Below, in pieces: positions 8,051 through 18,032 of a stretch of 32,000 nt of DNA. A program made the position numbers and the translations under genes. The DNA is from Candidatus Saccharimonadota bacterium (GTDB lineage Bacteria; Patescibacteriota; Saccharimonadia; Saccharimonadales; Saccharimonadaceae), in assembly GCF_025273655.1 (NCBI RefSeq), contig NZ_CP045921.1, positions 570,001 through 602,000 on the forward strand. The letters run 5' to 3'. How positions within the stretch are numbered: position 1 is the first letter of the stretch; each line of letters starts with the position of its first letter. The notes below the pieces were generated by a model. It was not told the DNA's origin. It saw only the letters and a program-made list of their open reading frames with translations, and searched no databases.

Positions 8051-11000
8051 CTATGCGACAAGATCGAGATCTTCGGTAATCTCTTCGGCGACATAGTCGC
8101 TTTCAAGTTCGCCAGATTCCACGCCGGTACCGACAGGAATCTTGCGACCGATGATCACGTTTTCTTTCAGTCCACCCAGGTGATCAGCACGACCAGACGT
8201 GGCGGCGTTAATCAGTACGCGAGTCGTGTCTTGGAACGATGCGGCAGACAGCCAGCTATCAGACCAGATCGAGACTTTGGTGATACCGAGGAGCAGCTGC
8301 GTATAGGCCACAAGCTCTTTGCCTTCTTCAAGTAAACGCGCGTTTTCGGCTACTACCGCAGCCTTCGACACGATATCGCCTGTCACGAAGGTACTGTCAC
8401 CAGGCTCTTCGATCTGCACGCGAGAGAACATCTGTCGTACGATGATCTCGAGGTGCTTGTCGGCAACATCTTGACCCTGAGCAGCGTAGATGCGCAGAAT
8501 CTCGTTGATGATGTAGCGCTGAGTGGCTTCAGTACCTTTGAGGCGCATGAGCTCCTGTAGGTTGAGTGAGCCAGATGTCAGGCGATCACCAGCAACCACG
8601 ACATCATTTGCCTTCACTACAAGCTGTGCAGTGCCAGGAATTTCGTAGCGAGTTGGCGCACTAGCATTTGCAGCAATCACGATCGTATCGTCGGTTGCTT
8701 CTACTACACCGTCAAACGGTGCCACGAGTGGTTTGGTACCTTCGTCGCCAGTCGCGATCACGTCGCCGACCTTGACGCTGCTGCCTTCTTTGACAGCCAT
8801 CTTGCGGCCATCCAGCGCAATCTTCTCTACTTTGCCAGACTCTGGAGTAATCTGTACGATGTACTTTTTGCCATCCTCCCAGACATCTACCAGACCAGCG
8901 ACTTCAGTAATATGTGCCTGACCCTTTGGCTGACGAGCTTCGAACAGCTCTTCGACACGAGGCAGACCCTGCGTGATGTCGCTACCAGCCACACCAGAGC
9001 TGTGGAAGGTGTTGAGCGTCAGCTGGGTACCCGGTTCACCGACAGACTGTGCGGCGATCACGCCAACAGGCTGCGCGTTTGCTACCAGTTGTCCAGTTGC
9101 CATGTCGACACCGTAGCTCTTCTGTGGAATACCACGAAGGTTTTTGGTGCTGAGCACGCTTTGGATTTTCACTTCCGTAACATCGGCATCGGCATCGATA
9201 CCATCGGCAATCTCACGCGTAATTAACTGATCAGCCTCAACGTGACCAGGTATGGCCTCGGCGGTATAGCGACCAGCCAAGCGGTTCCCGAAGTCAATCA
9301 TCGTCTCTTCAGTTTCGCTGCGGTAGATAGTATAGCCATCGTCGTCGCCAGCTTCGTCTTCGACAGTGAATACGTCCTGCGATACGTCCACGAGACGGCG
9401 AGTCAGGTAACCCGAGTCGGCTGTTTTAAGCGCAGTGTCGATGAGACCTTTACGCGCACCACGAGTTGCCACGAAGGCTTCGAGGCTCGAAAGTCCCTGT
9501 TTGAAGTTTGAACGGATAGGCAGCTCAATTTCACGGTTGGTCGCGTCGACCTGAATACCGATCATCGCGCTTGCCAACTTAACGTTGGAGATCGTACCAC
9601 GAGCGGCTGAGTTGACCATGGTCGAGATACTTGTGTCCATGCTCTTGAGCTCGTCACGGAGCAACTCTTCGACTTTGCCGTCGACCTGGCGCCAGGTGTT
9701 GACTGTCAATGTATAGCGTTCGTCGTCGGTGATGAGGCCCTGGTCGTACTGATCAGAGATCAATGCAGACTTGGCGTCACCTTCGGCGATGAACTCATGG
9801 ATGGCGTCAAACGACAGGTAGTCGTCTTTACCGGTTGAGATAGCGGCGACTGTCGCAAAACGGAAGGCCAAGCCTTTCATACGGTCGGCAGTCTTGGCAG
9901 TTTCTTCGGCACCAAATTTGTCGAAAATCTGCGCCAATACCTTCTTGAGTTGCTTCTTGTCTTGTGGTGCTTCCTGGTACGGGAAATCTTCCGGCAGAAT
10001 TTCGTTGAAGAACACGCGGCCAAGAGTTGTATCGCGGATTTCACCCTTACTGAACACGCGGATCGGTGTTTGCAGCTGGATCACTCCATTGTCGTAGGCC
10101 ATCTCGGCTTCGTAGACAGAGCTGTAGGCTTTGCGAGTTTCGGTCTGTGCGGCAGGCTTAGCGTATGTGAGGTAGTAATTGCCGAGTACGACGTCCTGGT
10201 TGATGTTAAGCACTGGACTACCGTCGGCAGGCTTCAGCAGGTTATTTGTTGCGCTCATCAGCTCGCGAGCTTCGCGCTGTGCAGCTTCAGACAGTGGCAA
10301 GTGGACAGCCATCTGGTCACCGTCGTAGTCGGCGTTGAAACCGTTGGCGACGAGTGGGTGCAGCTGGATAGCCTTGCCTTCGACGAGCTTCGGCATAAAC
10401 GCCTGGATGCTCAAACGGTGAAGTGATGGTGCACGGTTGAGGAGTACGTACTTACCTTCGATTACGGCGTCGAGTGCGTCCCATACTACTGCATCACCAG
10501 CCTCGATAAGACGAGTTGCCGAGCGGATGTTGTGGGCATGCTCGTTGCGGAGCAGCCAGCTGATGACAAAAGGCTTAAACAGCTCAAGTGCCATCTGCTT
10601 CGGCAAACCACACTGGTTAATCTTCAGCTTTGGACCAACCACGATCACACTACGACCAGAGTAGTCGACACGTTTACCCAGGAGGTTCTGACGGAAACGA
10701 CCCTGTTTACCTTTGAGCATATCACTCAGGCTTTTCAGACGTCGACGACCACCTGTCGCATTAACCGCGCGACCACCACGAGCAGCACTGTTGTCCACCA
10801 GGGCATCGACTGCTTCTTGCAACATGCGCATTTCGTTGCGACGAATTACTTCTGGCGCGTTGAGGTCGAGCAGCTTCTTGAGACGGTTGTTACGGTTAAT
10901 GACACGGCGATAGAGATCGTTGAGGTCACTAGTCGCAAAACGACCACCTGTCAGCTGCACCATCGGACGAAGATCTGGTGGGATAACAGGCAAGACAGTC

Positions 11001-11884
11001 AGTGTTAGGCTGCTTGGTTTGATACCAGCCGCATACATACTCTCGAGCACCTTGAGGCGCTTAAGCAGTTTCTTCTCGCGTTGACCCTTGGCCGACTCAA
11101 CTTCTTCGCTTAGTTGGCGGATCAGCACAGGAAGATCGATCTCGTCAAGCAATGCCTTTAGTGCAGTACCGCCCATACCGACTTCTACGAGCTCTTCGTA
11201 TTCTTCTGGTAGGTTACGGTAGTCTGTCTCGTTGATAAGCGCACCTTTTACTAGGCTATCAAGCTGACTCTTCTTGGTATTATAGCTTTCGTTCAGCTCT
11301 TCTACTTCGCGACTTTGTGCTTCGGCGAGGGCTTTCACGTCGGCACCTTCAGCCTCGGCTTCTTTCTCGTAGCGAATCTTGATCGCCGCACGAGCTGCTT
11401 CTGTCTCGGCTTCGAGATCAGCTAGGAACTTCTCGCGGGCTTCGTCGTCTACTTTCAAGATCACGTAGTTGGCAAAGTACGCCACGCGCTCGATATTGCG
11501 CACGGTCATACCGAGCAGCAAACTCATCGCGCTTGGTGTACCACGCATGAACCAGATGTGCGCAACAGGCGCAGCCAGCTCAATGTGCCCCATACGTTCT
11601 CGGCGTACAATTGACTTGGTGACAAGCTCACCGTTTTTGTCGACAGCAGCTTCACGACTACGAACGCCTTTGAGTTTGCTGTCGTGTGGGTTGATGTCTT
11701 TGACTGGACCGAAAATTCGTTCACAGAACAGGCCATCACGCTCAGGTTTTTGAGTACGATAATTAATCGTCTCAGGCTTTGTCACTTCACCGTGACTCCA
11801 CTTGCGAATATCTTCTGGACTCGCTACTGCGAGGCGCACCGCATCAAAATCAGCGATGCCAGTGCCAGGAACTACTCGTGACAT
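8051..11884 (-). CDS. rpoC: DNA-directed RNA polymerase subunit beta'
   Basis: 1277-aa ORF with catalytic NADYDGDQMAVH motif and full-length beta' features. ATG lies 1 nt after the rpoB stop, with GGAGGAGG inside the last rpoB codons. Confidence 0.98.
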   Translation of the reverse strand: MSRVVPGTGIADFDAVRLAVASPEDIRKWSHGEVTKPETINYRTQKPERDGLFCERIFGPVKDINPHDSKLKGVRSREAAVDKNGELVTKSIVRRERMGHIELAAPVAHIWFMRGTPSAMSLLLGMTVRNIERVAYFANYVILKVDDEAREKFLADLEAETEAARAAIKIRYEKEAEAEGADVKALAEAQSREVEELNESYNTKKSQLDSLVKGALINETDYRNLPEEYEELVEVGMGGTALKALLDEIDLPVLIRQLSEEVESAKGQREKKLLKRLKVLESMYAAGIKPSSLTLTVLPVIPPDLRPMVQLTGGRFATSDLNDLYRRVINRNNRLKKLLDLNAPEVIRRNEMRMLQEAVDALVDNSAARGGRAVNATGGRRRLKSLSDMLKGKQGRFRQNLLGKRVDYSGRSVIVVGPKLKINQCGLPKQMALELFKPFVISWLLRNEHAHNIRSATRLIEAGDAVVWDALDAVIEGKYVLLNRAPSLHRLSIQAFMPKLVEGKAIQLHPLVANGFNADYDGDQMAVHLPLSEAAQREARELMSATNNLLKPADGSPVLNINQDVVLGNYYLTYAKPAAQTETRKAYSSVYEAEMAYDNGVIQLQTPIRVFSKGEIRDTTLGRVFFNEILPEDFPYQEAPQDKKQLKKVLAQIFDKFGAEETAKTADRMKGLAFRFATVAAISTGKDDYLSFDAIHEFIAEGDAKSALISDQYDQGLITDDERYTLTVNTWRQVDGKVEELLRDELKSMDTSISTMVNSAARGTISNVKLASAMIGIQVDATNREIELPIRSNFKQGLSSLEAFVATRGARKGLIDTALKTADSGYLTRRLVDVSQDVFTVEDEAGDDDGYTIYRSETEETMIDFGNRLAGRYTAEAIPGHVEADQLITREIADGIDADADVTEVKIQSVLSTKNLRGIPQKSYGVDMATGQLVANAQPVGVIAAQSVGEPGTQLTLNTFHSSGVAGSDITQGLPRVEELFEARQPKGQAHITEVAGLVDVWEDGKKYIVQITPESGKVEKIALDGRKMAVKEGSSVKVGDVIATGDEGTKPLVAPFDGVVEATDDTIVIAANASAPTRYEIPGTAQLVVKANDVVVAGDRLTSGSLNLQELMRLKGTEATQRYIINEILRIYAAQGQDVADKHLEIIVRQMFSRVQIEEPGDSTFVTGDIVSKAAVVAENARLLEEGKELVAYTQLLLGITKVSIWSDSWLSAASFQDTTRVLINAATSGRADHLGGLKENVIIGRKIPVGTGVESGELESDYVAEEITEDLDLVA

Positions 11885-11885
11885 A

Positions 11886-14800
11886 TTACGCCTCCTCCTT
11901 GTATTCCGCTTCTGCGGCTTCTTCTATTGCATCTTCATCTTCACTCAGTTCTTCGAGCGAAATACCACCGTCTTCCAGGTCACCTTCGATATCAATCTCA
12001 ACAGCCTCTGCCATAGTGACAGTTTCGGCTACCGGCTCACCAGGGGTTGCTGCGGCGATTAGCTGTTCAGCATCAACTTCTTCACCTTCGTCGAGCAGGT
12101 CGACACGCAGGCCGAGACCTTGGAGCTCTTTCACCAAGACGTTGAAGCTTTCTGGCAGTTTCGGACCGACAATCGCTTCATCTTTGATGATCGATTCGTA
12201 CGCCTTGGCACGTCCGTAGACATCGTCCGACTTGATCGTCAACATTTCCTGCAGCGTCGTCGCCGCACCGTATGCTTCCAGTGCCCACACCTCCATCTCA
12301 CCGAAGCGCTGGCCACCGTTTTGAGCTTTACCACCAAGTGGCTGCTGCGTAACCATAGTGTAAGGACCGGTGCTTCGTGCGTGGATCTTGTCGCTGACCA
12401 TGTGGTGCAGCTTGATCATGTGCATAACACCCACAGTGGTGCGCTCTTCGAAGTGCTCACCGCTGCGACCGTCGATCAGTTGCACTTTACCATCGCGGGC
12501 AAAGCCGGCTTTTTCAAGCTCATCAGAGATAGTCTCATCACTTACACCATTAAACGGTGGAGTAGCAACCTTGTAGCCTAGTGCGTATGCTGCCATACCC
12601 AGGTGGGTTTCGAATAGCTGACCGATATTCATACGGCTCGGGACACCAAGTGGGTTCAAGATCACATCGACAGGTGTACCATCTTCCATAAACGGCATGT
12701 CTTCGACAGGCAGAATACGTGCTACTACACCCTTGTTACCGTGACGTCCAGCCAGCTTGTCGCCAACTGAGATTTTGCGAGTCTGAGCTACGAAAATCTG
12801 GATCTGCTTCAGCACACCAGCCTTGAGCTCATGACCATCTTCACGAGTGAAGATCTTCACACCGACAACCTTACCGCCACCTGCATTGTTCATGCGTTGG
12901 CTTGTGTCACGAACGTCTTTTGCCTTTTCGCCAAAGATCGCACGCAGTAGTCGCTCTTCAGAGCTGAGCTCCTGCTCACCCTTTGGTGTAATCTTACCAA
13001 CCAGTACATCACCAGCTTTCACTTCTGCGCCAACCTGAACAATACCTTGCTCATCGAGGTGACGCAGTGTGTATTCGGATACATTTGGTATGTCGCGAGT
13101 AGTCTGCTCGTCACCGAGCTTGGTCTCACGCACTTCCACCATGTAATCTTTGATGTTGATACTCGTCAGTTCGTCATCTTGTACGAGGCGATTGCTGAGG
13201 ATGATCGCGTCATCCATGTTGTAGCCACCCCATGGCATGAAGGCTACGCGGAGGTCACGGCCAAGCGCGATTTCACCGTTAGCAATCGAGGCACCTTCGA
13301 TCAGGATGTAACCAGCCTTGACCTTGTCGCCGCGTACTACGCAAACTTTTTGGTTGATCGAGCGATCATCATTGCTTTTCTGGAAATGAATAGGTTCATA
13401 GCTTTTCACGCCGTCTTTGTATTTGACTTCTACGACGTCACCGTCTGCACGCACTACTTCACCATCGGCTTCCGCTACGACGAGCTGGCTCGAGTTGCGG
13501 GCAATCGTTTCTTCGATACCTGTACCCACGGTCGCAGCTGTCGGAGTGATCAGCGGTACGGCCTGGCGTTGCATGTTCGAACCGGTCAGCGAGCGGTCGA
13601 TACGGTTCTTCTCGATAAACGGTACCAGACTGGCAGTTGAGCCAAGAATCTGTTTGTGCGCTGCGTCCATGTAGGTCACCTCACTGGCGTCAATCTGACC
13701 AGGTTTCATGTCGATACGTGCAGATACACGTTCGTCGACGAATTTACCGGCCTTGTCGAGAGCTGCACCCGCGTCGGCGATCACTTCGCCGCGCTCTTGG
13801 GCCCCGTCGAGGTAAATCACTTCATCAGTAACTTTACCGTTCTTTACCTTGAGGTATGGTGTCTCGATAAACCCATACTCATTGACACGAGCGTAGGTCG
13901 CGAGGTTCAGCACCAGACCGATGTTGGCACCTTCTGGTGTTTCCACCGAGCAGAGACGGCCATAGTGAGTTGGGTGGGCGTCACGCACATCAAAACCTGC
14001 GCGCTCGCGACTCAGACCACCAGGACCCATCGAGCTCAGGCGTCGCTTATGACTAAGCTCTGCCAGCGGGTTGGTCTCGTCCATCAACTGGCTCAGCTGT
14101 GAGCTTGCGAAGAATTCGCGTACTGCAGCTACCACTGGGCGAGCGTTGATGAGCTGGCCGGGTGTTACAGATTCGATATCACTCATAGACATACGGTCCA
14201 TGGCATTGCGCTGCATGCGGAGCATACCTACACGGAACTGGCGCGCCACGAGTTCACCGACGAGGTTAACACGGCGATTGCTCAGTGCGTCAATATCGTC
14301 TGCAGGTTCCTGGGTATTATTGAGGCGAATGATCTCTCGGATAATAGAAATCAAATCACTCATTTGGAATACGCGGTTCTCGGTAGTATTTGGCAGATCG
14401 ATACCGAGGCGCTGATTGATCTTGTAGCGACCTACGCGGCTATAGTCGAAACGCTTGAAGTCGTAGAACATGCGCTCGATCATACCACGGGCGTTTTCTA
14501 CAGTTGCCAGGTCACCTGGGCGGAGGCGGCGATACACTTCGATAAGTGCTTCGTTGCTACCACGAGTTGTGTCTTTTTCGAGTGTCGCGTCGATATATTT
14601 CACGTCGCCTGTGTCGATATCGTTGAATAGCGCCTTGATCTCGCTTGTCTTGCTGTGACCAAGTGCACGCAGCAGCGTCGTGACCGGTAATTTACGGCGG
14701 CGATCGATTTTGACATACATCGCACCGTTAGACGCCGTTTCGAATTCGAGCCATGCGCCGCGGCCAGGGATAAGTTTGGCGCCGTAGTTATTATGACCTG

Positions 14801-15248
14801 CCGCGCTGTCAGCAGTAAAGAATACGCCAGAGCTGCGGATCAGCTGGCTTACCACAACACGCTCGGTACCGTTGATGATGAACGTACCGCGGTTAGTCAT
14901 CCATGGATAGTCGCCCAGGTAGATTTCCTGCTCTTTGACCTCACCGGTTACCTTGTTGGTTAGCTCCACATTCGCGTGCAGTGGTGCGTCAAACGTGATG
15001 TTGTTTTCTTTTGCATAGCGCTCAGAATTCTTCGGATCCTGAAACGCGTATTCTTTGAAACGCAGTTCAAGTTTTTGACCCGTATAGTCTTCTATCGGAT
15101 TAAGTTCCGCAAAAATCTCGCCCAAACCAGTTTCAACAAACTCTTTCCAAGAGCCTTTCTGGTGTGCGATGAGATCAGGGATTTCGAGTGCTGTGTCGTC
15201 AGCCGTGAAAAACACGCGCTTACCAGCACTAGGTGACGTTTTTGCCAT
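11886..15248 (-). CDS. rpoB: DNA-directed RNA polymerase subunit beta
   Basis: 1120-aa ORF with the Rif-cluster region SSQLSQLMDETNPLAELSHKRRLS, a GNKGV motif and an acidic C-terminal tail. GAGGA lies 7 nt upstream of the ATG. Confidence 0.98.
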   Translation of the reverse strand: MAKTSPSAGKRVFFTADDTALEIPDLIAHQKGSWKEFVETGLGEIFAELNPIEDYTGQKLELRFKEYAFQDPKNSERYAKENNITFDAPLHANVELTNKVTGEVKEQEIYLGDYPWMTNRGTFIINGTERVVVSQLIRSSGVFFTADSAAGHNNYGAKLIPGRGAWLEFETASNGAMYVKIDRRRKLPVTTLLRALGHSKTSEIKALFNDIDTGDVKYIDATLEKDTTRGSNEALIEVYRRLRPGDLATVENARGMIERMFYDFKRFDYSRVGRYKINQRLGIDLPNTTENRVFQMSDLISIIREIIRLNNTQEPADDIDALSNRRVNLVGELVARQFRVGMLRMQRNAMDRMSMSDIESVTPGQLINARPVVAAVREFFASSQLSQLMDETNPLAELSHKRRLSSMGPGGLSRERAGFDVRDAHPTHYGRLCSVETPEGANIGLVLNLATYARVNEYGFIETPYLKVKNGKVTDEVIYLDGAQERGEVIADAGAALDKAGKFVDERVSARIDMKPGQIDASEVTYMDAAHKQILGSTASLVPFIEKNRIDRSLTGSNMQRQAVPLITPTAATVGTGIEETIARNSSQLVVAEADGEVVRADGDVVEVKYKDGVKSYEPIHFQKSNDDRSINQKVCVVRGDKVKAGYILIEGASIANGEIALGRDLRVAFMPWGGYNMDDAIILSNRLVQDDELTSINIKDYMVEVRETKLGDEQTTRDIPNVSEYTLRHLDEQGIVQVGAEVKAGDVLVGKITPKGEQELSSEERLLRAIFGEKAKDVRDTSQRMNNAGGGKVVGVKIFTREDGHELKAGVLKQIQIFVAQTRKISVGDKLAGRHGNKGVVARILPVEDMPFMEDGTPVDVILNPLGVPSRMNIGQLFETHLGMAAYALGYKVATPPFNGVSDETISDELEKAGFARDGKVQLIDGRSGEHFEERTTVGVMHMIKLHHMVSDKIHARSTGPYTMVTQQPLGGKAQNGGQRFGEMEVWALEAYGAATTLQEMLTIKSDDVYGRAKAYESIIKDEAIVGPKLPESFNVLVKELQGLGLRVDLLDEGEEVDAEQLIAAATPGEPVAETVTMAEAVEIDIEGDLEDGGISLEELSEDEDAIEEAAEAEYKEEA

Positions 15249-15506
15249 CTGTAGTCCTCGCAGTTAGTTATGTTTTGTGATTCGAATCGGCGCCGAAGAT
15301 TCTACTACGGGTTATGTCATCAGCCTGCCAAAGCCTAGACATACCTAACCCGAGTTACACTGCTTCTTGGTATCTATTATGCACAGGTTACGACAATATT
15401 TCAAGAGGTTTTGACGACGAAGCTGATCAACCGCCACCTGACATGCACCCTGCACACCAAACAGCTCACCGGCTGCCATTGTTGCGCTGTTTTCGTTCTG
15501 CAGGAG

Positions 15507-15512
15507 TATAAT
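15507..15512 (+). promoter_or_regulatory. TATAAT box 8 nt upstream of the VIT1-family gene start
   Basis: caggagTATAATctagctatATG. No clear -35. Confidence 0.45.
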
Positions 15513-15520
15513 CTAGCTAT

Positions 15521-16216
15521 ATGACTAGCGAACCACAAACAGAATCTACCAATGCCTTGCTCAACAAACTCCGCGCCGCCGTACTTGGCGCCAACGATGG
15601 CATCGTGAGCACTAGCGCCGTCGTGATGGGCGTAGCCGGTGCTAGTAGCGACAATCAAGCCATCGCCACCGCAGGCTTTGCCGCACTCGTGGCTGGCGCC
15701 CTTTCTATGGCAGTGGGCGAATACGTCTCCGTGAGCAGTCAGAGTGACACCGAAAAAGCCTATATTCGCCGCGAAAAGAAGCTGCTCCACGAGAATCCAG
15801 CCGAAGAACAGCAGCAACTCGCCAAGTACTACCAATCTCAAGGGGTGTCACCCAAGACCGCCAAGCTCGTAGCCGCCGATTTACACCAGTCCAACGCTCT
15901 CCAAGCGCACCTGCGCATGCACTTCGGCATAGACGAAGACGATCTTAACAGCCCGGTTCAGGCTGCCGTCGCCTCTCTACTCGCCTTCACTGCTGGTGGC
16001 CTAGTGCCTTTTCTTGCCGTCATACTTGCACCGCACGAGCTCAAACTCCAAATCACATTTGTAGCTGTACTCATCGCCCTGGTGGCGACCGGCTACTTTA
16101 GCGCACATGTCGGCGGAGCACGCAAATCCCGGGCTATCTTACGTGTCGTACTAGGTGGTGCGCTCGCCATGCTCCTTACTTACGGAATCGGCATGCTCTT
16201 TGGAACTATTGCATAA
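15521..16216 (+). CDS. VIT1/CCC1-family iron/manganese transporter
   Basis: LRAAVLGANDGIVSTSAVVMGVAGA signature, central soluble segment and C-terminal TM helices typical of the VIT family. Confidence 0.85.
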   Translation: MTSEPQTESTNALLNKLRAAVLGANDGIVSTSAVVMGVAGASSDNQAIATAGFAALVAGALSMAVGEYVSVSSQSDTEKAYIRREKKLLHENPAEEQQQLAKYYQSQGVSPKTAKLVAADLHQSNALQAHLRMHFGIDEDDLNSPVQAAVASLLAFTAGGLVPFLAVILAPHELKLQITFVAVLIALVATGYFSAHVGGARKSRAILRVVLGGALAMLLTYGIGMLFGTIA

Positions 16217-16221
16217 GAATA

Positions 16222-16250
16222 TTGACTATATTACATAAAAGTGCTATAAT
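16222..16250 (+). promoter_or_regulatory. Near-consensus promoter TTGACT-17-(TGc)TATAAT, 9 nt from the ATG at 16260
   Basis: TTGACT 16222-16227, 17-nt spacer, TATAAT 16245-16250 preceded by TGC. Confidence 0.7.
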
Positions 16251-16259
16251 ACTTTACAT

Positions 16260-16754
16260 ATGGAAAGTAACGTTCACCTTTTGCCTACTAAACTTGTGGG
16301 TGAAAAATTATCCGTCGACAGAGTGACTCATATTGCCGAAGACGCCAAAGTCAGTTTTTTGCTTCTACATCCTGAGTTTGAAAAGCAAGCACAAATCATT
16401 GTTGACGAGATGCTAGCCGCCAAGGAGGCTTTTGGAGAATATACAGATAATGAGCTTCGAGAAGAAACAACTGAAGCCCTAGAGGAGCTGCTCCATGGAA
16501 AGTCTGCCATCCCCCATGAAGAACTTTTACCCTCGAATCAAGTCTCTCATGCGCTTTCGCGTGTTGCTCTTTACGATGCTTCCCTGTTGTCACGCGAGGA
16601 CACCGTTTTACACTATCCGTTTCTGCAATCAGAACGTGCCACGATATATAAGGATCGAGAGTTCCAAGATTTATACGATACTATTCTCACCGATCTCAGC
16701 GATATAATCAACGATATACGTACGCACGGCGGATATCCTGCAGTCAGCTTATAG
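16260..16754 (+). CDS. Hypothetical acidic protein, 164 aa
   Basis: ORF directly behind the near-consensus promoter. No family recognised. Confidence 0.7.
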   Translation: MESNVHLLPTKLVGEKLSVDRVTHIAEDAKVSFLLLHPEFEKQAQIIVDEMLAAKEAFGEYTDNELREETTEALEELLHGKSAIPHEELLPSNQVSHALSRVALYDASLLSREDTVLHYPFLQSERATIYKDREFQDLYDTILTDLSDIINDIRTHGGYPAVSL

Positions 16755-16944
16755 CAGGTGCTTGACATACAAAATGTGCGAGCTCAATTTGATGTATTCG
16801 ATGAAATATATACGTATGACTCAGCAGTAGAATCTATCCGCTCTATACATGGCGCATTACCACGAGCAAATGTCTATCAGATTTCTTCTCACGCTCGCTG
16901 GAATCCTGTGCATCCAAATCCCTTACAACCCAGCGAACAACTCC

Positions 16945-17541
16945 CTACGCAGTGGCAATAACTTCGTCGATAATTCCGTAAGTTTTCGCCTCGTCGGCAC
17001 TCATCCAGAAATCACGATCAACGTCTTTTTCGATTTTGCTCAGCTTCTGGCCAGTGTTTTTGGCTAAAATTTTATTGAGCTGCTGCTTTAGGTAGAGCCC
17101 TTCTTTGAGTGCGATCTCCTGATCGCTGATCTTGCCCTGCGTACCACTACTCGGCTGATGAATCATGATACGGCTGCTCGGTAGCGCCACGCGTTTACCT
17201 TTGGTACCGCTGCTCAGCAGGAAGGCACCCATACTCGCCTGCAGGCCGATACCGATTGTCTGTACATCTGGCTTGATGTACTGAATCGTATCGTAGATAG
17301 CCATGCCGTCGTAGACACTACCACCAGGACTGTTGATATAGAGCTTGATGTCTTTATCGGGATCCGTATAGGCCAGGTGGAGTAGCTGTGCCACTACCAG
17401 ATTGGCAGTATGTTCGTTCACATCCTCCCCGAGGAAGATTACGCGCTCGTTGAGCAGGCGTGAATAGATATCAAACGCACGTTCGCCTTCGGGCGACTTC
17501 TCGATCACAGTTGGTACCAGATAGTTTGTAGGCTTGTTCAT
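16945..17541 (-). CDS. clpP: ATP-dependent Clp protease proteolytic subunit
   Basis: [11 protein letters not shown], catalytic Ser context GLQASMGAF and His context MIHQP. Start set at ATG 17541 ([14 protein letters not shown]...), matching ClpP N-termini. Confidence 0.95.
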   Translation of the reverse strand: MNKPTNYLVPTVIEKSPEGERAFDIYSRLLNERVIFLGEDVNEHTANLVVAQLLHLAYTDPDKDIKLYINSPGGSVYDGMAIYDTIQYIKPDVQTIGIGLQASMGAFLLSSGTKGKRVALPSSRIMIHQPSSGTQGKISDQEIALKEGLYLKQQLNKILAKNTGQKLSKIEKDVDRDFWMSADEAKTYGIIDEVIATA

Positions 17542-17553
17542 ATATCTAGTGTA

Positions 17554-17590
17554 CATAAAAACTAGCACTCACGTCAAGCGAGTGCTAGTT
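17554..17590 (-). terminator. Rho-independent terminator immediately upstream of clpP
   Basis: 11-bp stem AACTAGCACTC/GAGTGCTAGTT (17560-17570 / 17580-17590). The minus strand continues TTTTTATG. The loop contains TTGACG. Confidence 0.65.
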
Positions 17591-17601
17591 TGATATTCTA
17601 G

Positions 17602-17635
17602 GACTACCCCTCTCGGCTCGGGAGGGTGGGTAGTC
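17602..17635. promoter_or_regulatory. About 13-bp bulged hairpin carrying the third copy of the CTCTCGGCTC motif (plus-sense)
   Basis: GACTACCC..GGGTAGTC outer stem and CTCTC/GAGGG inner stem. Motif at 17610-17619, so the minus-strand RNA carries GAGCCGAGAG here. Confidence 0.5.
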
Positions 17636-17678
17636 GCTGAATGAAGTTTCAGCCGAGGCTACCGCCAGGTAGACGGTC

Positions 17679-17810
17679 TCAGAGCCTCTTCCCGCTGGTA
17701 CTGTGATCAGGTAATACACGGTCACAGAAGACCACGTAGGCCAGGTAGTGAAGCGGCTCCACGATGGTCTTGACCTTGCGCGCGATCACAGTGCGAACAC
17801 GATTGTTCAT
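17679..17810 (-). CDS. Small ORF, 43 aa (MNNRVRTVIARKVKTIVEPLHYLAYVVFCDRVLPDHSTSGKRL)
   Basis: Hand-translated; below the ORF-track cutoff. GGAGGTG 5 nt upstream. ATG overlaps the stop of the upstream 57-aa ORF as ATGA. Confidence 0.45.
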   Translation of the reverse strand: MNNRVRTVIARKVKTIVEPLHYLAYVVFCDRVLPDHSTSGKRL

Positions 17811-17980
17811 ACGTCACCTCCAGGTGTGTCAAGCAGCGAATACTTTATCGACGCGAATGGACTTGAAAACTCGACGGGTCGCTGCACTCCCGCCCTGCGA
17901 TTCGCCAGCTCACAGAGCACAAACGTTGCAGCAGCCAAACCAGCAAGCTGGAGTGCGGCCTTCAGGTATGGATCCATCAT
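17807..17980 (-). CDS. Small ORF, 57 aa (MMDPYLKAALQLAGLAAATFVLCELANRRAGVQRPVEFSSPFASIKYSLLDTPGGDV), one predicted TM helix
   Basis: Hand-translated; below the ORF-track cutoff. GGGGAG 4-7 nt upstream of a double ATG. Preceded by the TATAGT box and the CTCTCGGCTC leader. Confidence 0.5.
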   Translation of the reverse strand: MMDPYLKAALQLAGLAAATFVLCELANRRAGVQRPVEFSSPFASIKYSLLDTPGGDV

Positions 17981-17992
17981 TTTCTCCCCTCT

Positions 17993-18021
17993 GAGCCGAG
18001 AGTTATGCCTACAATACTATA
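17993..18021 (-). promoter_or_regulatory. TATAGT box (18016-18021) + 13 nt + CTCTCGGCTC leader motif (17993-18002) for small-ORF pair 2
   Basis: Minus strand: TATAGT attgtaggcataa CTCTCGGCTC AGAGGGGAGAAA ATG. CTCT can pair with AGAG of the SD region. Confidence 0.5.
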
Positions 18022-18032
18022 ATTTAATTTAT

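Noticed and set aside
336-15248. Numerous 60-230-aa ORFs on the strand opposite to, or in alternative frames of, fusA, rpoC and rpoB (for example 1791-2486, 9950-10426, 10532-11008 and 13047-13640).
   Set aside because: They lie entirely inside very well-supported conserved genes, have low-complexity or odd composition and no SD or promoter. They are typical shadow ORFs.
15249-15520. The long rpoB upstream region as a possible ribosomal-protein (L10/L12-type) leader or sRNA. Also the 146-aa ORF at 15401-15841.
   Set aside because: I could not identify a convincing conserved structure, and rplJ-rplL are not present upstream. The ORF overlaps the VIT1 gene antisense and lacks signals. Left unannotated.
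17641-17706. 21-codon plus-strand ORF (MKFQPRLPPGRRSQSLFPLVL) downstream of the plus-sense CTCTCGGCTC copy, antisense to the end of the 43-aa ORF.
   Set aside because: The purine tract is 14 nt from the ATG, too far for a good SD, and the -10-like box is weak. It is kept only as a note within the small-ORF finding, as a possible antisense transcript rather than a gene.
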